A stretch of 64,000 nt of DNA from Octopus sinensis (Eukaryota), in the NCBI RefSeq assembly GCF_006345805.1, contig NC_043026.1:558001-622000 (forward strand), given 5' to 3'. Positions 13,426 to 28,136 of the stretch are shown here, one piece after another. Made by a program: the position numbers and the translations under genes. The notes beneath the pieces were generated by a model. That model was not told where the DNA came from. It saw only the letters and a program-made list of their open reading frames with translations, and searched no databases. Every line of letters begins with the position of its first letter. Position 1 is the first letter of the stretch.

Positions 13426-13566
13426 TAATAGGAGTTAAAAAATTGTACATGGAGTAGAAAACATGTAAGATATCCCCAATTAAAAATTCTTCTCCACCTG
13501 AAAAATTTCTAATAGGAGATATCTTACATCTTTTCTACTATCTCTACAATTTTGTAATTCCTATTA
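13426..13566. mobile_element. Palindromic MITE-like element with ~50-bp imperfect inverted arms
   Basis: taataggagttaaaaaattgta...gtagaaaacatgtaagatatc pairs with gatatcttacatcttttctact...tacaattttgtaattcctatta. Confidence 0.6.
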
Positions 13567-14090
13567 TTAAATGAAACATGTGTAATGCTGAGGAAATAAT
13601 ACAAATAAATTTTGCCAATCTCCTGTTTTGATATCATTGCTCTACAGAAAATATTTTCCAGTATTTTCAACTGTTATGCAAATCTCACACAAATATAGCA
13701 TCTATATACAAGGCTTTGGTTGGTCTGAACCTGGAACCATGTGGTTGGGAAGCAAGCTTCTTACTATGCATACAAATGTATACACACACGTGTGTGTGTG
13801 TGTATGTTATGATTTTGATAGAATAGAAAATTGGAATGTTTTCAATGCTGCCCTCAACTTTTCACATAGAATTTTCACATGCAAGAGCATTAAAACAGAG
13901 AACAGAGTAGTATCAAAACAATTGCTACTGGTAATTAAAGATGGGCTAATTGCTTTCTTTGTCTTCTAGCTTCAATTATGTATATAATCCATATGCACAT
14001 GTATATATATATATATATGTTTATATATATATATATGTATAAATGTGTGTGTGTGTATACTATATATACAAGTATATATATATACACAGA

Positions 14091-14658
14091 CAAGAGGTGT
14101 TCATTAAAGATTTCCTCTGACCTACTTCCCAAGGACTGGGATGCACAAAACTTGACATAATCATTAGTCCTTCCCTACATAACCACCACTAATGGTGACA
14201 CATTTCTCCCATTGCTTTATGCAGCTGTGAAAACCTAGTTAGTGAATAGTTATACGGTGATCCTCCGCTTTATGGATGGAGTCATCATCAATGGAGGAAT
14301 GTGGTTGTCCAGGAATAGGATCGGTTTCTACCTGTCTGACTACATTCGAACTGGCGATGCCATTGCTTGACCACGTTGTATGATGGTGCATCATCACCAT
14401 AAACTTCTTTCATCTCATTAAAAGTCTCTTTTGGTGTACAACCATTCAAGCATAAGAACCTGATCAGTGATCTGCATTCAACTGCCTCCATTATAACACC
14501 TTAATCCACGTCAGCAGCCGTAAAAGACAAATGAATACTAGTGGAAAGCTGCAATTTACAATGTAACATAGAAACATGTATGAATATACCTGTACAAGTT
14601 CTGTTTCCTGCAATAACCAGAAGGTGGACAGAGGAAATCTTTAATGAACACACCTCAT
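14091..14658 (-). mobile_element. Internally deleted mariner transposon
   Basis: ~35-bp TIRs (gaggtgt(gt)tcattaaagatttcctctg). Encodes the transposase N-terminus MEAVECRSLIRFLCLNGCTPKETFNEMKEVYGDDAPSY and the C-terminus KQWEKCVTISGGYVGKD*; the catalytic core is missing. Confidence 0.9.
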
Positions 14659-14675
14659 GTGTGTGTGTGTATATA

Positions 14676-14717
<42 letters not shown>

Positions 14718-15129
14718 GAAATATTTGTCTCTTTTTATAGAAGCAAAAGGGTTCATAGGACTGCAAAAGTGCTCAAGAGTAAATGAGACAAAGATAAAGA
14801 AACATTAGTTATAGAACAAACATTAAATTTGAGTCAACGACTTTATATATAACACCATACCTCAAACATTTAATCACATATAAATATCACCATGGTTCTT
14901 AAACTCATAAAAAAATTAAAAAATACATATACATAAAAACACAGAAGATAAAAATATATATTCAAATAAAATACAAATAGAACGGCCTATCAAAAAGGTA
15001 AATATAAACGACTAAAAATTCATAAACTAGCAAAACTAATAGACAAAGATAAAGTAAATGTCCAATGACTAAAAAAGTTTATCTTACGATTAAAAATATT
15101 TGAAAAAAGTCTTTTTACTTCCCTCACAC

Positions 15130-16350
15130 AAGTATTTCCAAAAGTTCATGAATAAACAGATTTTCACAGGTCAAATTCACACACATCAATGGCCATTTCG
15201 GGAGCTCACTATCACAGTTCAATTACACTAAAGTGCATCACGGCAATGACTCCTTCATCAGGAAACATGCACAGAGCAAAATTTTCCATTATGGTGAATT
15301 TCTTCTAGAAATCTCCAGTAGTAGGTTTGTCCTTCCTGTCAATTGCTTTAATAAGTTTGAAAGTTCTTCCCATATAATATGACTGAAGTTAGCTGTCACC
15401 CTGTCATCCATCAACAGGAGCAAAGAAGCTATTATCAGAAAGGTCATCTAAGTTCATTAGATTGGCTCTGTGTATTGTCTTAAAAGAAGCAATGCTTTGT
15501 TGGAAATATGTCTGACACTGTACGCTTCTATGTAACCCATTCTTGGAAAAGGCTCTGAGTCATCTATGCTTTCTTATTTGAATATCAAATGAGAGGTAAA
15601 TTAAACTTTGTGTGATCCTTGAAATCCCTCAAATTTGGAGTGATACACCAATAGAGGCTTTCCTCTTACATCACTAGTGGCATTTCCTCCCAAAAGAAGT
15701 TTCAGATAATTTTTAGAAGCTTTAAATCCTGGTGTTGATTTTCATTTTCAAAAAATAAAAGTTATAGCAGGCTTGCACTTCTAAAAAATTGCAGTTTCAA
15801 CATTGTATAATTGCACTGGTGCGTAACTCCCTTCAACAATCATTTTCTTTAACTGCTCAGGATAATTAGTAGCAGCTGCTGTATCAACGCTCGCAGTTTC
15901 AACAGTCATTTTTATGTTGTGCAAATTCATGTGCTTCTTAAAACTTTCAAACCAGGCTTTAAAAGAAGTTTCACCTTCCTTTTCTGCAAATCATCGTATG
16001 AACTTTTGGCTCCTTTTTGATTTACCATCATGTTTATCGGCTCATTTCACTGATTCTGAACCTGGATCAATACACTCAGGAGTTACTCCATTTTAAGCAT
16101 TACATTAAATGTATGGAAAAATAAGATCCAGGCAGTTAACAGACTGGTTTCTGAAGCACTTGACATAATTTTCTCTCTGTTGTCCCACAGTAGACATTAT
16201 AAGATTTAATGTTTCGACAATATAACTGAGTTTTACTTCTGCTTCAAATCTTTTTGCGACATCAAGTTTAATATCTTGTGCAATCCTTTGCGGTTCCATT
16301 TTGCACAACCGCCTTCAGTTCCCACTCGACAGCTTCTTTCCAGACATCTT
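15130..16350 (-). mobile_element. Degenerate pogo/Tigger-like transposase
   Basis: MSGKKLSSG, DIKLDVAKRFEAEVKLS, WFESFKKHMNLHNIKMT.E.AS.D and LLLGGNATSD..KPLLVYHS fragments with stops and frameshifts. Confidence 0.85.
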
Positions 16351-17334
16351 AGATTGAAGGCAAATCCAACAGCAGCAGCAATTAATTATCCACAACAAAT
16401 ATATAGTAAAACAATTGGTCCAGGAATTATCTGTTTTGTGAGAGTGGAAAATTGTTTTCTTATAGATGTAACAATGAAAATGAGATGAAAAGGTGAAGGA
16501 CTGAGAAAGAGAAAGTACTATACAACAACAGTTAGGCGAAAGATCACAAAGTTTTATAGGCAATTTGTCCATCCTGACTTTAAACATAACACACACACAC
16601 ACACACATACTCAAATACTCATACACATACAGACACTCATACACAAACACACACATTCATACACACATACTCAAGCACACATAGACACATACGCTCATGC
16701 ACCAAATGGATTCAAAAGTTGGCGGATTGATAATGATGATGATGTGGGTTGCACTGTCTTAGATGTTAGCGATGGTGGTCTGGTATTGTTGATGGTGTAG
16801 TAGTCATATTGTTCTTGCTAATTGTATTGTTGTGGCTGTTTAGTCTCAAGGCAATCCTCATAGACCTAAAATCAAAAACATTTTATTGATCTTTTAAAAT
16901 ATACTAGGATATCACATTATATGTATTTAATTGAAATAGATTCGCTTATCTTCCTCTTACTACATATACATTACTGTTGCTGTAGGTGGCTGTGTTTGCG
17001 TTGATGATAGAAGCACACATACATATATAAACATTCATGTGTGTGTATGTATGTATATGTGTATATACACACACACAGACACACATGCACATACACTCTC
17101 TCTCACATACATCCAATGAATACATACATGCATACTTATTCATTTTGAAGGATGTTTCTATCTTACATGTTTATATATATGTGTGTATATATATATATAA
17201 ATATATATTTATGTATATGTATATATATATATTTAAATATAAATTATTTATATACGTGTGTGTGTATATACTTGTATGTGTATGTATGAGTGTGTATATA
17301 TGTACACAGGTTGTCTGTATGTACTTATGTGTGT

Positions 17335-18400
17335 CATCATCATCATCATCATCATTTCATCATCATCATCACCATTTAACATCTGTTGTCCATGCTGGCA
17401 TGGATTGGATGGATATACATATATCATTATCATCATCATCATTATCATTATCATCATCATTTAACGTCCATACTGGCATGGGTTGGACAGTTTGACCTGA
17501 GCTGGGAAGCTGGGGGTGGGAGGAGGCCGCACCAGACTCTGGTCTGTTTTGGTGATGTTTCTACAGCTGGATGCCTTTCCTATTGCTAACCACTCTGCAT
17601 AATAGTTGTAAATGAGTTTCACTGTCACACAAGTGCTGTTCTTCATTTTGAATATTCCATGAAAACATGTCCAGGCAATGGAGAAATATTAAATCACTTG
17701 GAAACAGGTGAGGGCTGGTTTAGGTTGGTGACAATAGGGGCATCCAGCCATAGAAAATCTGCCTCAGTGAATTCTTTTCCTTTTATGCTAACATGGCAAA
17801 GTGGATGTGAAAACAATGACAGCAAGAACGATAATGATAAAAGGTCAAATTATTACCATGGGTTCTATTGATATAGAATCAGTTAGAACAGGGGACAGGT
17901 TACTTTATCACAGGATGGCAGTGTAAACAAAATGAATGCAAAACTTCCACTTTATTAAATACATCATCAATCGTTATCATCATTTAAATCTGTTTTCCAT
18001 ACTGGCATGGCTTGACAGGAACTGGCAAGGCCAGGGGCCACACCAGTTCCCTTAGTCTGTTTTGGCTTGGTTTCTACAGCTGGATACCTTTCCAAATGCC
18101 AACCACTCCACAGAGTGTACTGGGTGCTTTTTATGTAGCACCATCATCAGTGCTTTTTATGTGACACCAGCACCCACACTAATGCTCTTCATGCAGCACC
18201 TTGGTTTTAGGATTTTAATACTGTTGTGCTTGGTGGGTCTTCTCAAGTACAGCAATGTGCCACGTATCTCAGTCCTCTGTTACCTCCTTAATCTTCAGCA
18301 TTTTGAGATTAGCTTTCAGGTTCAGGGTTTTCAGACTGGTCTTCGTTTTGAGATATGTTTATCATGTTTACCACAACTGTGGGTTCATGTATCATTGACA
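17335..18400. mobile_element. Cluster of RTE 3'-tail fragments
   Basis: Repeated (CAT)n-tccatgctggcatgg...ctacagctggatgcc motifs at 17335, 17430 and 17980 (-), and at 17710 (+). Confidence 0.7.
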
Positions 18401-18487
18401 ACCTTTCACTTTTTCCACCCAAGGGGCTTTTTACCCCCAATATTTACGTGTGATTTCAGGTAGTTTCACCTATTTTGAGTTCCATCA

Positions 18488-20090
18488 TCTATACATATAA
18501 AATTCTTTGTCTCTTTGCCTGTCTGTTACCTATGCATTCTCAAACAGCTCAACCAAATCAATTCAAATTTTACAAGGTAATAGTATCAGACCCCATGCAT
18601 GTCAACATATAATTTTTTTTCATTTGGATTAAAACAATATAATATTGGTACTGGTTCGATATTACATGTCAAAAGTGAAAGAATAAGATCTATATTGTAA
18701 TGTGATATAATATTGTTTCACTTTTAATTCTTATGTGATAACACTAAGATCATCTTATTTCTATTATATTTGAAATAAAGGAATAATTTATATCCTAATG
18801 TGAACAACATTATACATCAGCAACTTTCCATCTTCACAGCCTCAACAGCAGAATGGTGTGTCAGTGTATCTGACAAAGGTGAAACTCTTGACAAAAAACA
18901 ATGGGGTGTCAGGACCAGGGTATATAATGATACACATTTACCACTGAATTACCAGTTAATGATTATCGAAGCAGTTGCAAAGTTGCAGGGTATTTACAAT
19001 TACATATTTACCCTTAAATTAACATTTAATACATGTGCTTAATATATATATATTAAGAAATTTATTTATAATCATTATTGTGACATTTACTGTAAAATTA
19101 GCAGTTCATACATGTACTTCTATTTGGTTAATTTACTTAGATTTGGTTAATTTACACTGCATACAAAATATAGATATACTACATACATAAAATTGCTTAA
19201 AAAATAGCAATTAATATATAATTTTCTCTATGTTATTAATTTTTTGTTGACAATATTGAAAAAAATATGCCACCAAAGAAAAGACGTAATCTCGCCAGAA
19301 ACAACTATAAAGCAAGGAGGATTGTAGAAAACCAAAAGCAAGAGTCTTAAGAGAGAAGGGAGATGAGACTTTCTCAATATCATAAAAAGTATGTCGTAGA
19401 ATGTGAAATGGAGTCTCTAGACAGAAGCAAGATGAGACTTTCTCAAGATCAGCAAAGGGATGCTGCAACACATCAAATGGAGTCTCCAGAGAGAAGGGAG
19501 ATGAGACTTTCCCAAGATTAGCCAAGGCATGTTACAGCACTTAATGCTGGATCATTAAAACAATGTTTTAATGATTAGACAGAGGTCCAATAGAATAGCT
19601 CTCAGAAACAGAACACATACAAATTTGTTCTTCACAGCTCTTGTAGCTGCTTTCAGATATGATCCATCCTATTCTTATAAAAACGATAATTCCATCCAAA
19701 TTGGTGTGCTAAACTCAAATTGTCATTTCAGCATAGTTTTAAAATTTCCAAATGACACTAATGGTATGTGCTGCTCAAGTGTTAAGGTAAGATTGCCAGT
19801 ACTACCAGCTCCTCCTTAACCTCTCATGGAACTTCTGGATGGCTCTACCATCCAGTCAAAGAATTTTCTGAACAATATCAGACAATATAACCCTGCATTT
19901 CAGATGACATTATTTGGTGCATCTAAGGATATAGTTGAACATGGGTTTATGCTGACAAAGTTCAAGGACAAGTCTATCACCTCATTGGTTCCCTGTTACC
20001 CACAAATGAACAACCAAAGTTCCTCCAAATTTACTTTATGAGTGATGTAGGACAACAAACCCGAAGGTGTCAAAACTTCAGGTGATGGGT
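18488..20090 (+). mobile_element. Helitron 5' portion (RepHel N-terminus), degenerate
   Basis: A|TCTATACATATAAAA 5' end at 18488. MPPKKRRNLARNNYKARRIVENQKQES start at ~19268, 21-aa repeats MES.ERREMRLSQDQQR.AA, then AAFRYDPS...C...LKFPNDTNGMCCSS.KVRLP.L..PP and SKNFLNNIRQYN.AFQMT.FGA...FKVQGQVYH.IGSLLP. Confidence 0.9.
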
Positions 20091-20388
20091 TGTGTTAGAT
20101 GCAGTATTGACCTCTGCAAGGGAGAGTATATCCACTGACAGCTTTTTGTGTATTCACCCACCACATACCCCCACCCCCAATTTTCCATGACAGTTTTGGG
20201 CCTGGAATCTTCCAAAGAGACTCATGACATGTCACTTAGTTGAATTAGCAAACCATTTACTCCACAAATGATTTGTCATCAATGCTGCACTTTTCTGTAT
20301 CACTGTATGTTTCAGCATAACAGTAGTATATATATATATATATATAAACTATGCCATTTTAATAGTGAGTAATCCTGAGTATCCTAGG

Positions 20389-21850
20389 GTGATATAATAT
20401 TGTTTCGCTTTTAATTCTTATGTGATAACACTAAGATCATCTTATTTCTATTATATTTGAAATAAAGGAATAATTTATATCCTAATGTGAACAACATTAT
20501 ACATCAGCAACTTTCCATCTTTACAGCCTCGACAGCAGAATGGTGTGTCAGTGTATGTGTGTTGACTGACATAACAAACAGCTGGAGGTGAAACTCTTGA
20601 CAAAAAACAATGGGGTGTCAGGACCAGGGTATATAAAAATACACATTTACTATTTAATTACCAGTTAATAATTATCGCAGCAGTTACAAAGTTGCACGGT
20701 ACTTACAATTACATATTTACCCTTAAATTAACATTTAATACATGTGCTTAATATATATATATTAAGAAATTTATCTACAATAATTATTGTGGCATTTACT
20801 GTTAAATTAGCAGTTCATACATGTGCTTCTATTTGGTTCATTTATACTGTATACAAATATAAAGACATACTGCATACAACTGCTTACAAAAATAGAGATT
20901 ACTGTATAATTTCTTCTATGTTCATAACTTTTTGTTGACAATATTGAAAAAAAAATATGCCACCAAAGACACAAATATAAAGCAAAGAGGATTGTAGAAA
21001 ACCAAAGGTGAAAATCTCAGGAGAGAAGAGAGATGAGACTTTCCACAGATCAGTAAATGCATGATGCAGCATGTCAAATGGAGTCTCAAAACAGAAGCAA
21101 GATGAGTGTTTCCATAGATCAACAAATGCATGCCGCAGAATGTCAAATGGAGTCTCGAGAGGAAAGTGAGATGAGATTTTCCCAAGATTAGCAAATGCAT
21201 GCTGCAGTATGTCAAATGGAGTCTCAATACAGAACGGAGATGAGACTTTCTCAAGATCAGCAAAGGGATGCTGCAACACATCAAATGGAGTCTGTAGAGA
21301 AAAGGGAGATGAGACTTTCCCAAGATTAGCCAAGGCATGTTACAGCACTTAATGCTGGATCATTAAAACAATGTTTTAATGATTACTCTTTACTCTTTTA
21401 CTTGTTTCAGTCATTTTGACTGCAGCCATGCTGGAGCACCGCCTTTAGTCGATCAAATCGACCCCGGACTTATTCTTTGTAAGCCCAGTGCTTATTCTAT
21501 CGGTCTCTTTTGCCGAACCGCTAAGTGACGGGGACGTGAACACACCAGCATCGGTTGTCAAGCAATGCTAGGGGGACAAACACAGACAAACAAACACACA
21601 CACACACACATATATATATATACATATATACGACAGGCTTCTTTCAGTTTCCGTCTACCAAATCCACTCACAAGGCATTGGTCGGCCCGGGGCTATAGCA
21701 GAAGACACTTGCCCAAGATGCCACGCAGTGGGACTGAACCCAGAACCATGTGGTTGGTTAGCAAGCTACTTACCACACAGCCACTCCTGCGCCTATAGAT
21801 TAGACAGAGGTCCAATAGGATAACTCTCAGAAACAGAACGTGTACAAGTT
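20389..21850 (+). mobile_element. Second, tandemly duplicated Helitron 5' segment interrupted by a SINE
   Basis: From gtgatataatattg onward it is near-identical to 18703-19600. It has more 63-bp repeat units and resumes after the SINE with gattagacagaggtccaatag. Confidence 0.9.
21386..21793 (-). mobile_element. Full-length tRNA-SINE family A with gatta target-site duplication
   Basis: Head ggcgcaggagtggctgtgtggtaag, CORE-like ttgggcaagtgtctt, tail (gtaaaaga)n; gatta at 21381 and 21798. Confidence 0.92.
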
Positions 21851-22099
21851 CCCCTCATAATTGTCTTACAATGCGGATTTCAAATTTGGCCAGCAATTTT
21901 GGGGAGGAGTAAGTAGATTACATCAACCCCAGTACTCAACTAGTACTTATTTTATTGACTCCAAAAAGATGAAAAGTTAGGTCAACTTTGGTGGAATTTG
22001 AACTCAGACTGTAAGGACGAACAAAATGCCACTAAGCATTTTGCCTGGTGTGATAACGGTTCTGCCATCTCACAGTCTTAATTATTATAATGATGAACT

Positions 22100-22565
22100 C
22101 TCCCAATCAATATAAATGTATATGTCACGACCTACCAAAAACTGAGCAAGTATAATGATCTTGAAATAGAAATCAGCAAAATGTAGAACTTGAAGACTAA
22201 AACAATACCTGTTGTCATAGGTGCCCTGGGAATGATAGCAAAAGGGGCTGATTGCTACCTAACTCAGATATCAAGAAACCCCAAAATGGCAGAAATTCAA
22301 AAGATAGTGCTCATGGGAACTGCTCATATCCTACGCAAAATACTTTCTATGTAATCTCAAGTTTTAAAACAAACATAATTTTCTTATGGTTTCTTAAACA
22401 TTCTCTAGTACAACACTATGTACAAAACCAAAAATAATGGCACCCTAGGCATAACACCAACATGAACTCCCAACTTGTTGTCTCTTGAGGTCTCTGAGTG
22501 AGACTTGGATCCAACTTGTGCAAATGTAAAGCAAAAGTCAAGCATAAAATAATAATAATAATAAT
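22100..22565 (+). mobile_element. R4/Dong-like non-LTR retrotransposon 3' end
   Basis: TYQKLSKYNDLEIEISKM*.LKTKTIPVVIGALG...LMGTAHILRKILSM*; ends in (TAA)n; close copy at 52660-53500. Confidence 0.85.
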
Positions 22566-22932
22566 CCTTTCTACTATAGATACAAAGCCTGAAATTTGGG
22601 GGAGGTGAATAGTTGGTTATATCAATGCCAGTGCTCAACTGGTACTTAATTTATTGACCACGAAAGGATGGAAGGCAAAGTCAAACTCAGTGGGATTTGA
22701 ACACAGAACATGAAGACGGACAAAATGCCACTAAACCTAAATTCATAATAATAACAGTAATAACAATAATATTAATAATAACAACAGCAATAATAAAAAG
22801 AATTGAAATAATGATTATGCAGCAGACAGGGGAAGAAAGAGGGGTATATACATACATTCATACATACATACATACATACATCATATATATATATGTATAT
22901 ATATATGCACACAAATGTGTGCCAAGTTTTTA

Positions 22933-22967
<35 letters not shown>

Positions 22968-23223
22968 AATATATATAATATTAAATACTAAAATATACTT
23001 TACACCACATACACATTCACACAACACACAAAGCATGTTTATATATCTAGCATATGTAATTCTATAGCTTTATTTTGAAAATCATTTACAATATTTTGTT
23101 TTTTTGGTGTTCCTGCTCGCATTCTCCCATCCTCCCTCTCTACATCACTTTCCTCTTTCTACCCTTTATTTCTATTTATATACATATGTATTTCTCTCCT
23201 CTCACACTGTAATTTACTACACA

Positions 23224-23258
<35 letters not shown>

Positions 23259-23360
23259 TATATATAATATACATATATATATATGTATGTATACATGTAT
23301 TGGTATGTATGTATACATATCTACATACAGGTATTATTTATATATAATATATATATATAG

Positions 23361-23394
<34 letters not shown>

Positions 23395-23834
23395 ATATAC
23401 ATACATACATATACATACATACATACATACATACATACATACATGCATGCACACACAAACACCACACATACATACCTATATGCTATATGTAGACAGAGGA
23501 ATGTCATTCACTGAAGCATGCAGAGTACATTATTGTTTGGAATTTATTCAAGACAGACTGACCTGACTCAATATTGCTGTCTGGATACTGCCAGAACTAG
23601 ACTAACAATACACATATACATACATACATACATACATACATACATACATACATACACATACCTACATACGTACATACATACGTACGTACATACATACATA
23701 CATACATACATACATACATACATACATACATACATACATACATACATACCTACATACGTACATACATACGTACGTACATACATACATACATACATACATA
23801 CATACGTACATACATACATACGTACATACATACA

Positions 23835-23870
<36 letters not shown>

Positions 23871-24069
23871 TATATATACATACATACTATATGTATGTAT
23901 ACTATATATATATATATATATACACAGATATATATATATATACATATAAATGTGTGTGTGTATATATACTCACACATACAGATGCATACATACAAATGCG
24001 CATGTGCATAACATCATATATATATATATATGTATATATGTATATTTACTATGTATGTATGCAAGTATG

Positions 24070-24100
<31 letters not shown>

Positions 24101-24277
24101 CTATATATATATTGTATGTATGTATATATACATATTTTTCTATGAATGAATATTAGCTCTTATTCTACATATGTGTAGGTGTGTGTATATAAATATATAT
24201 ATATATATATGTGTGTATATATATATATATGTGTATATATATATATATAATATATATATATATGCATATATATTATA

Positions 24278-24316
<39 letters not shown>

Positions 24317-24992
24317 CAACATATATATTTATAAATATGCATATATATGCCTATGTTTTATATACACAAACGCACGCATACACACACATGCATATGTACG
24401 TATGTATGTATGTACACGTGCATGTATGTATGTATCTATATATATATATTTATAGCAAACCATTCATTCAGAGAAAAATCGAAACAACTTGAACATACAT
24501 ACACTCTCACATATGTATGTACTCATGTATGTATATATGTATGTATGTATGTAAGTATGTATGTATGTACGTGTGTGTGTGTGTATGTATGTATGTATAT
24601 GTACATATTTATGTACATACATATTTTTGTGTGTATACATATATGTGAGGTAACAATTACATATATAGTAAGTAGCTTTCAAAATGCTGTATATACCAAT
24701 TATGTATACATATATACATGTATGTATACATACACACACACGCGCGCACACACACGCACACACACACATACACACACACACACACACATATATAGGCATA
24801 GCTATGTGGTAAGTAGCTTGTTTACCAACCACATGGTTCCAGGCTCAGTCCCACTGCTTGGTGCTTTGAGCAAGTGTCTTCTATGCTAGCATCGGGCTGA
24901 CCAAAAGTTTGCGAGAATATTTGGTACCTGGAAACTGAGAGAAGCCTATCGTATACTTACATACATAGATATATATATGCATATTTATATAT

Positions 24993-25487
24993 ACTCTTTT
25001 ACTCTTTTACTTGTTTCAGTCATTTACTGCGGCCATGCTGGAGCACCGTCTTTAATCGAGCAACTCGATCCCGGGACTTATTCTTTTTGTAAGCCCAGTA
25101 CTTATTTTATCGGTCTCCTTTTGCCGAACTGCTAAGTAACGGGGACATAAACACACCAGCATCGGTTGTCAAGCAATGCTAGGGGGACAAACACAGACAC
25201 ACAAACACACACACGCATATATATATATGCTTACAGATTTTGTTGAATTTTCTGCTGCCTTAAATTTTCTGCTGCTTTGTATAAATAAGTATAATAATAC
25301 ATATATATATACATATATACATATATACGACGGGCTTCTTTCAGTTTCCGTCAACCAAATCCACTCACAAGGCTTTGGTCGGCCGAGGCTATAGTAGAAG
25401 ACACTTGCCCAGTGCCCACGCAGTGAGACTGAACCCGGACCATGTGGCTGGTAAACAATATACTTACCCACAGCCACTACCTGCGCC
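24993..25487 (-). mobile_element. Full-length tRNA-SINE family A with an internal AT-rich insertion
   Basis: Same head, body and tail as 21386-21793. Confidence 0.88.
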
Positions 25488-25810
25488 TATATATATTATA
25501 TGTGTGTGTGTGTGTGTGTATGTATATTTATGTGATAATCACTTTGTGCCTATGTTTGTTCCTCCACCATCACCTGACAACTAGTGTTGGTGTGTTTATG
25601 TTGCCAGAACTTAGCGGTTTGGCAAAAGAGACCAATAGGATAGGTACTAGGTTTTGAATAAGGAATAAATCCTGCGGTTGATTTCTTTGACTAAAAAATC
25701 CCTTTAAGGTGGTTCTGAAGCATGGCCACAATCAAATAATTGAAACAAATAAAAGAATAATTCCACACACACACATAACTGTTTGTAGGTACAATGTATA
25801 TATATATATG

Positions 25811-25854
<44 letters not shown>

Positions 25855-25874
25855 ATATAGTATATATATATATC

Positions 25875-25927
<53 letters not shown>

Positions 25928-26207
25928 ATATATATATATATATATTATATATATACCATATATATATATACATTGTACCTACAACAGTTATGTGACACAT
26001 TATATATATATATATATATAATATATATATTATAATATATATATATATATTTATATATAATATATATACATATATATATATATAATATATATATATATAT
26101 TTATGTATTTATTATATGTATGTATGTATTATATGTATAATATGCATGCATGTATATAGGCAATGTATGTATGTATGTATATGTATGTATGTATATAGAT
26201 TATATAT

Positions 26208-26252
<45 letters not shown>

Positions 26253-26255
26253 ATA

Positions 26256-26530
26256 GGGCAATGGCCCAGTGGTTAGGGCAGCGGACTCGCGGTCGTAGGA
26301 TTGCGGTTTCGATTCCCAGACCGGGCGTTGTGATGTTTTATTGAGCGAAAACACCTAAAAGCTCCACGAGCTCCAGCAGGGGGTGTGATCCCTGCTGTAC
26401 TCTTTCACCACAACTTCTCTCACTCTTTCTTCTGTTGGCCTTATAACGGGGTGGCGTTATTCGAATGCTAAAATAATGCGAACACATTGTGTAACTACAT
26501 CTGATGGACTGGTCGGTCACGTGATCACGT
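26256..26530 (+). mobile_element. tRNA-derived SINE family C
   Basis: Head gggcaatggcccagtggttagggcagcggactcgcggtcgtaggattgcggtttcgattcc with A-box- and B-box-like motifs, followed by a non-tRNA body. Confidence 0.75.
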
Positions 26531-26741
26531 GATATATATATATATATTATATATATATATATATGTACAAACAGTTGGTGCTTTCGTGGCTATGTGGTTG
26601 AAAAGTTTGCTTCAGTGTCCTGTGCTTTCAGGTTCAATCCCATTATCATGCTCCTTAGGGAAATATCTTTTTCTACGGCTTCAGTTCCACAAAATATTGT
26701 TGCATGGATTTGATAGAATGGAAACTAAAAGATAACTATCA

Positions 26742-27745
26742 TCATCATCATCATCATCACCATCGTTTAACGTCTGTTTCCCATGTTAGCATGGGTTAGA
26801 CGGTTTGACCGGGGATCTGGGAAGCTAGGAGGCTACACCAAGCTCCGGTCTGATCTGGCAGTGTTTCTACTGCTGGATGCCCTTCCTAATGCCGACCACT
26901 CCGTGAGTGTAGTGGGTGCTTTTTATATGCCACCGGCACAGGGGCCATGATCGGCCACAATCGATTGGTGCTTTTATGTGTCACTGACACGGATGCCAAT
27001 CAGGCGGCGCTGGCATCTGGTACGTTCGGGTGGTGCTGTTTACGTGTCACTGGCATGGGTATCTTAACTACAATTTCTATTTGATTTTTATTTTGATGTT
27101 GGTGTTGACGTACTTGACTCAATAGGTCTCCTCAAGAATAGCAGGTCACTCTACGGTCCAAGGTTACCACAGCAGGCCGTCCTGCGAGCCATGAACTCAC
27201 TTCATTTGTTGGGTCTTCACAGACACAGCATATCTCAGAGGTCTCGGTCTTCGTCATTTCCTCTGTGAGGCCCTACATGCCACCGGCACAGGTATCACAA
27301 CTACAATATCCATTCAATTTCTATTTTGATGTACTTGACACAATAGGTCTCCTCAAGCACAGCAGGCCATCCTGCAAGCCATGAACTCACTTCATTTGTC
27401 AGGTCTTCACAGTCACAGCATATCTCCAGAGGTCTCAGTCTTTCGTCATAGCCTCTGTGAGGCTCAACGTATGAAGGTCATGCTTGACCACCTTGTCCTA
27501 TGTCCTCCTGGGTCTACCTCTACCCCGGATTCCTTCAACAGTTTGGGAGTGGCACTTCTTCACACATCTCTCCTCATCCATCCATAGTACATGACCATAC
27601 CAACGGATCATCTCTCCTGCATGCTGCATCCGATGCTTCTTATGTCCAACATTTGTCTCAGGGTGCTTACACTCTGTCGGGCATGGACACTGACGTTACA
27701 CATCCAGCGGATCATGCTAGTTTCAAATATATATTCCACTTCTTT
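26742..27745 (-). mobile_element. RTE LINE 3' fragment
   Basis: (CAT)n tail, shared 3'UTR, and the RT C-terminus SMIRWMCNVSVH.RQSV..LR..LDIRSI.C..QER. Confidence 0.88.
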
Positions 27746-28136
27746 GGTTTTGCTCCTTTTTGTGGATTTCCATGACTTTCTGTCATCATCCAATTCCTTT
27801 ATAATGAATTTGAACTGGAAGCTTGAGTCACAACGAATCTTCCATTAGCACATTACACAATCATGGATGCCACACCTATGGATGCGTTGCAGTTAATCTC
27901 TTGACTATGATTGGTGATCTTAACTGTTGGTCTTCTAGGATTCCTCCACTCAACATCAATGTATGAAGTATATATATACATGATTGTGGGGAAAGAAGCT
28001 TGCTTCCCAACCACATGGTTCCAGGTTCAGTGTCACTGCCATGATACCTTGGGTAAGTGTCTTCTACAATTGCCTTGGGTTGACCAAAGCCTTGTGAATG
28101 GATATGGTGGACAGAAACTAAAAGAAGCCTATATAT

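Noticed and set aside
20899-21338. Two overlapping 138-144 aa minus-strand repeat ORFs
   Set aside because: Antisense read-through of the Helitron 63-bp repeat; the meaningful frame is on the + strand.
26256-26330. Possible tRNA gene
   Set aside because: The cloverleaf does not close properly and it continues into a SINE body; treated as a SINE head.
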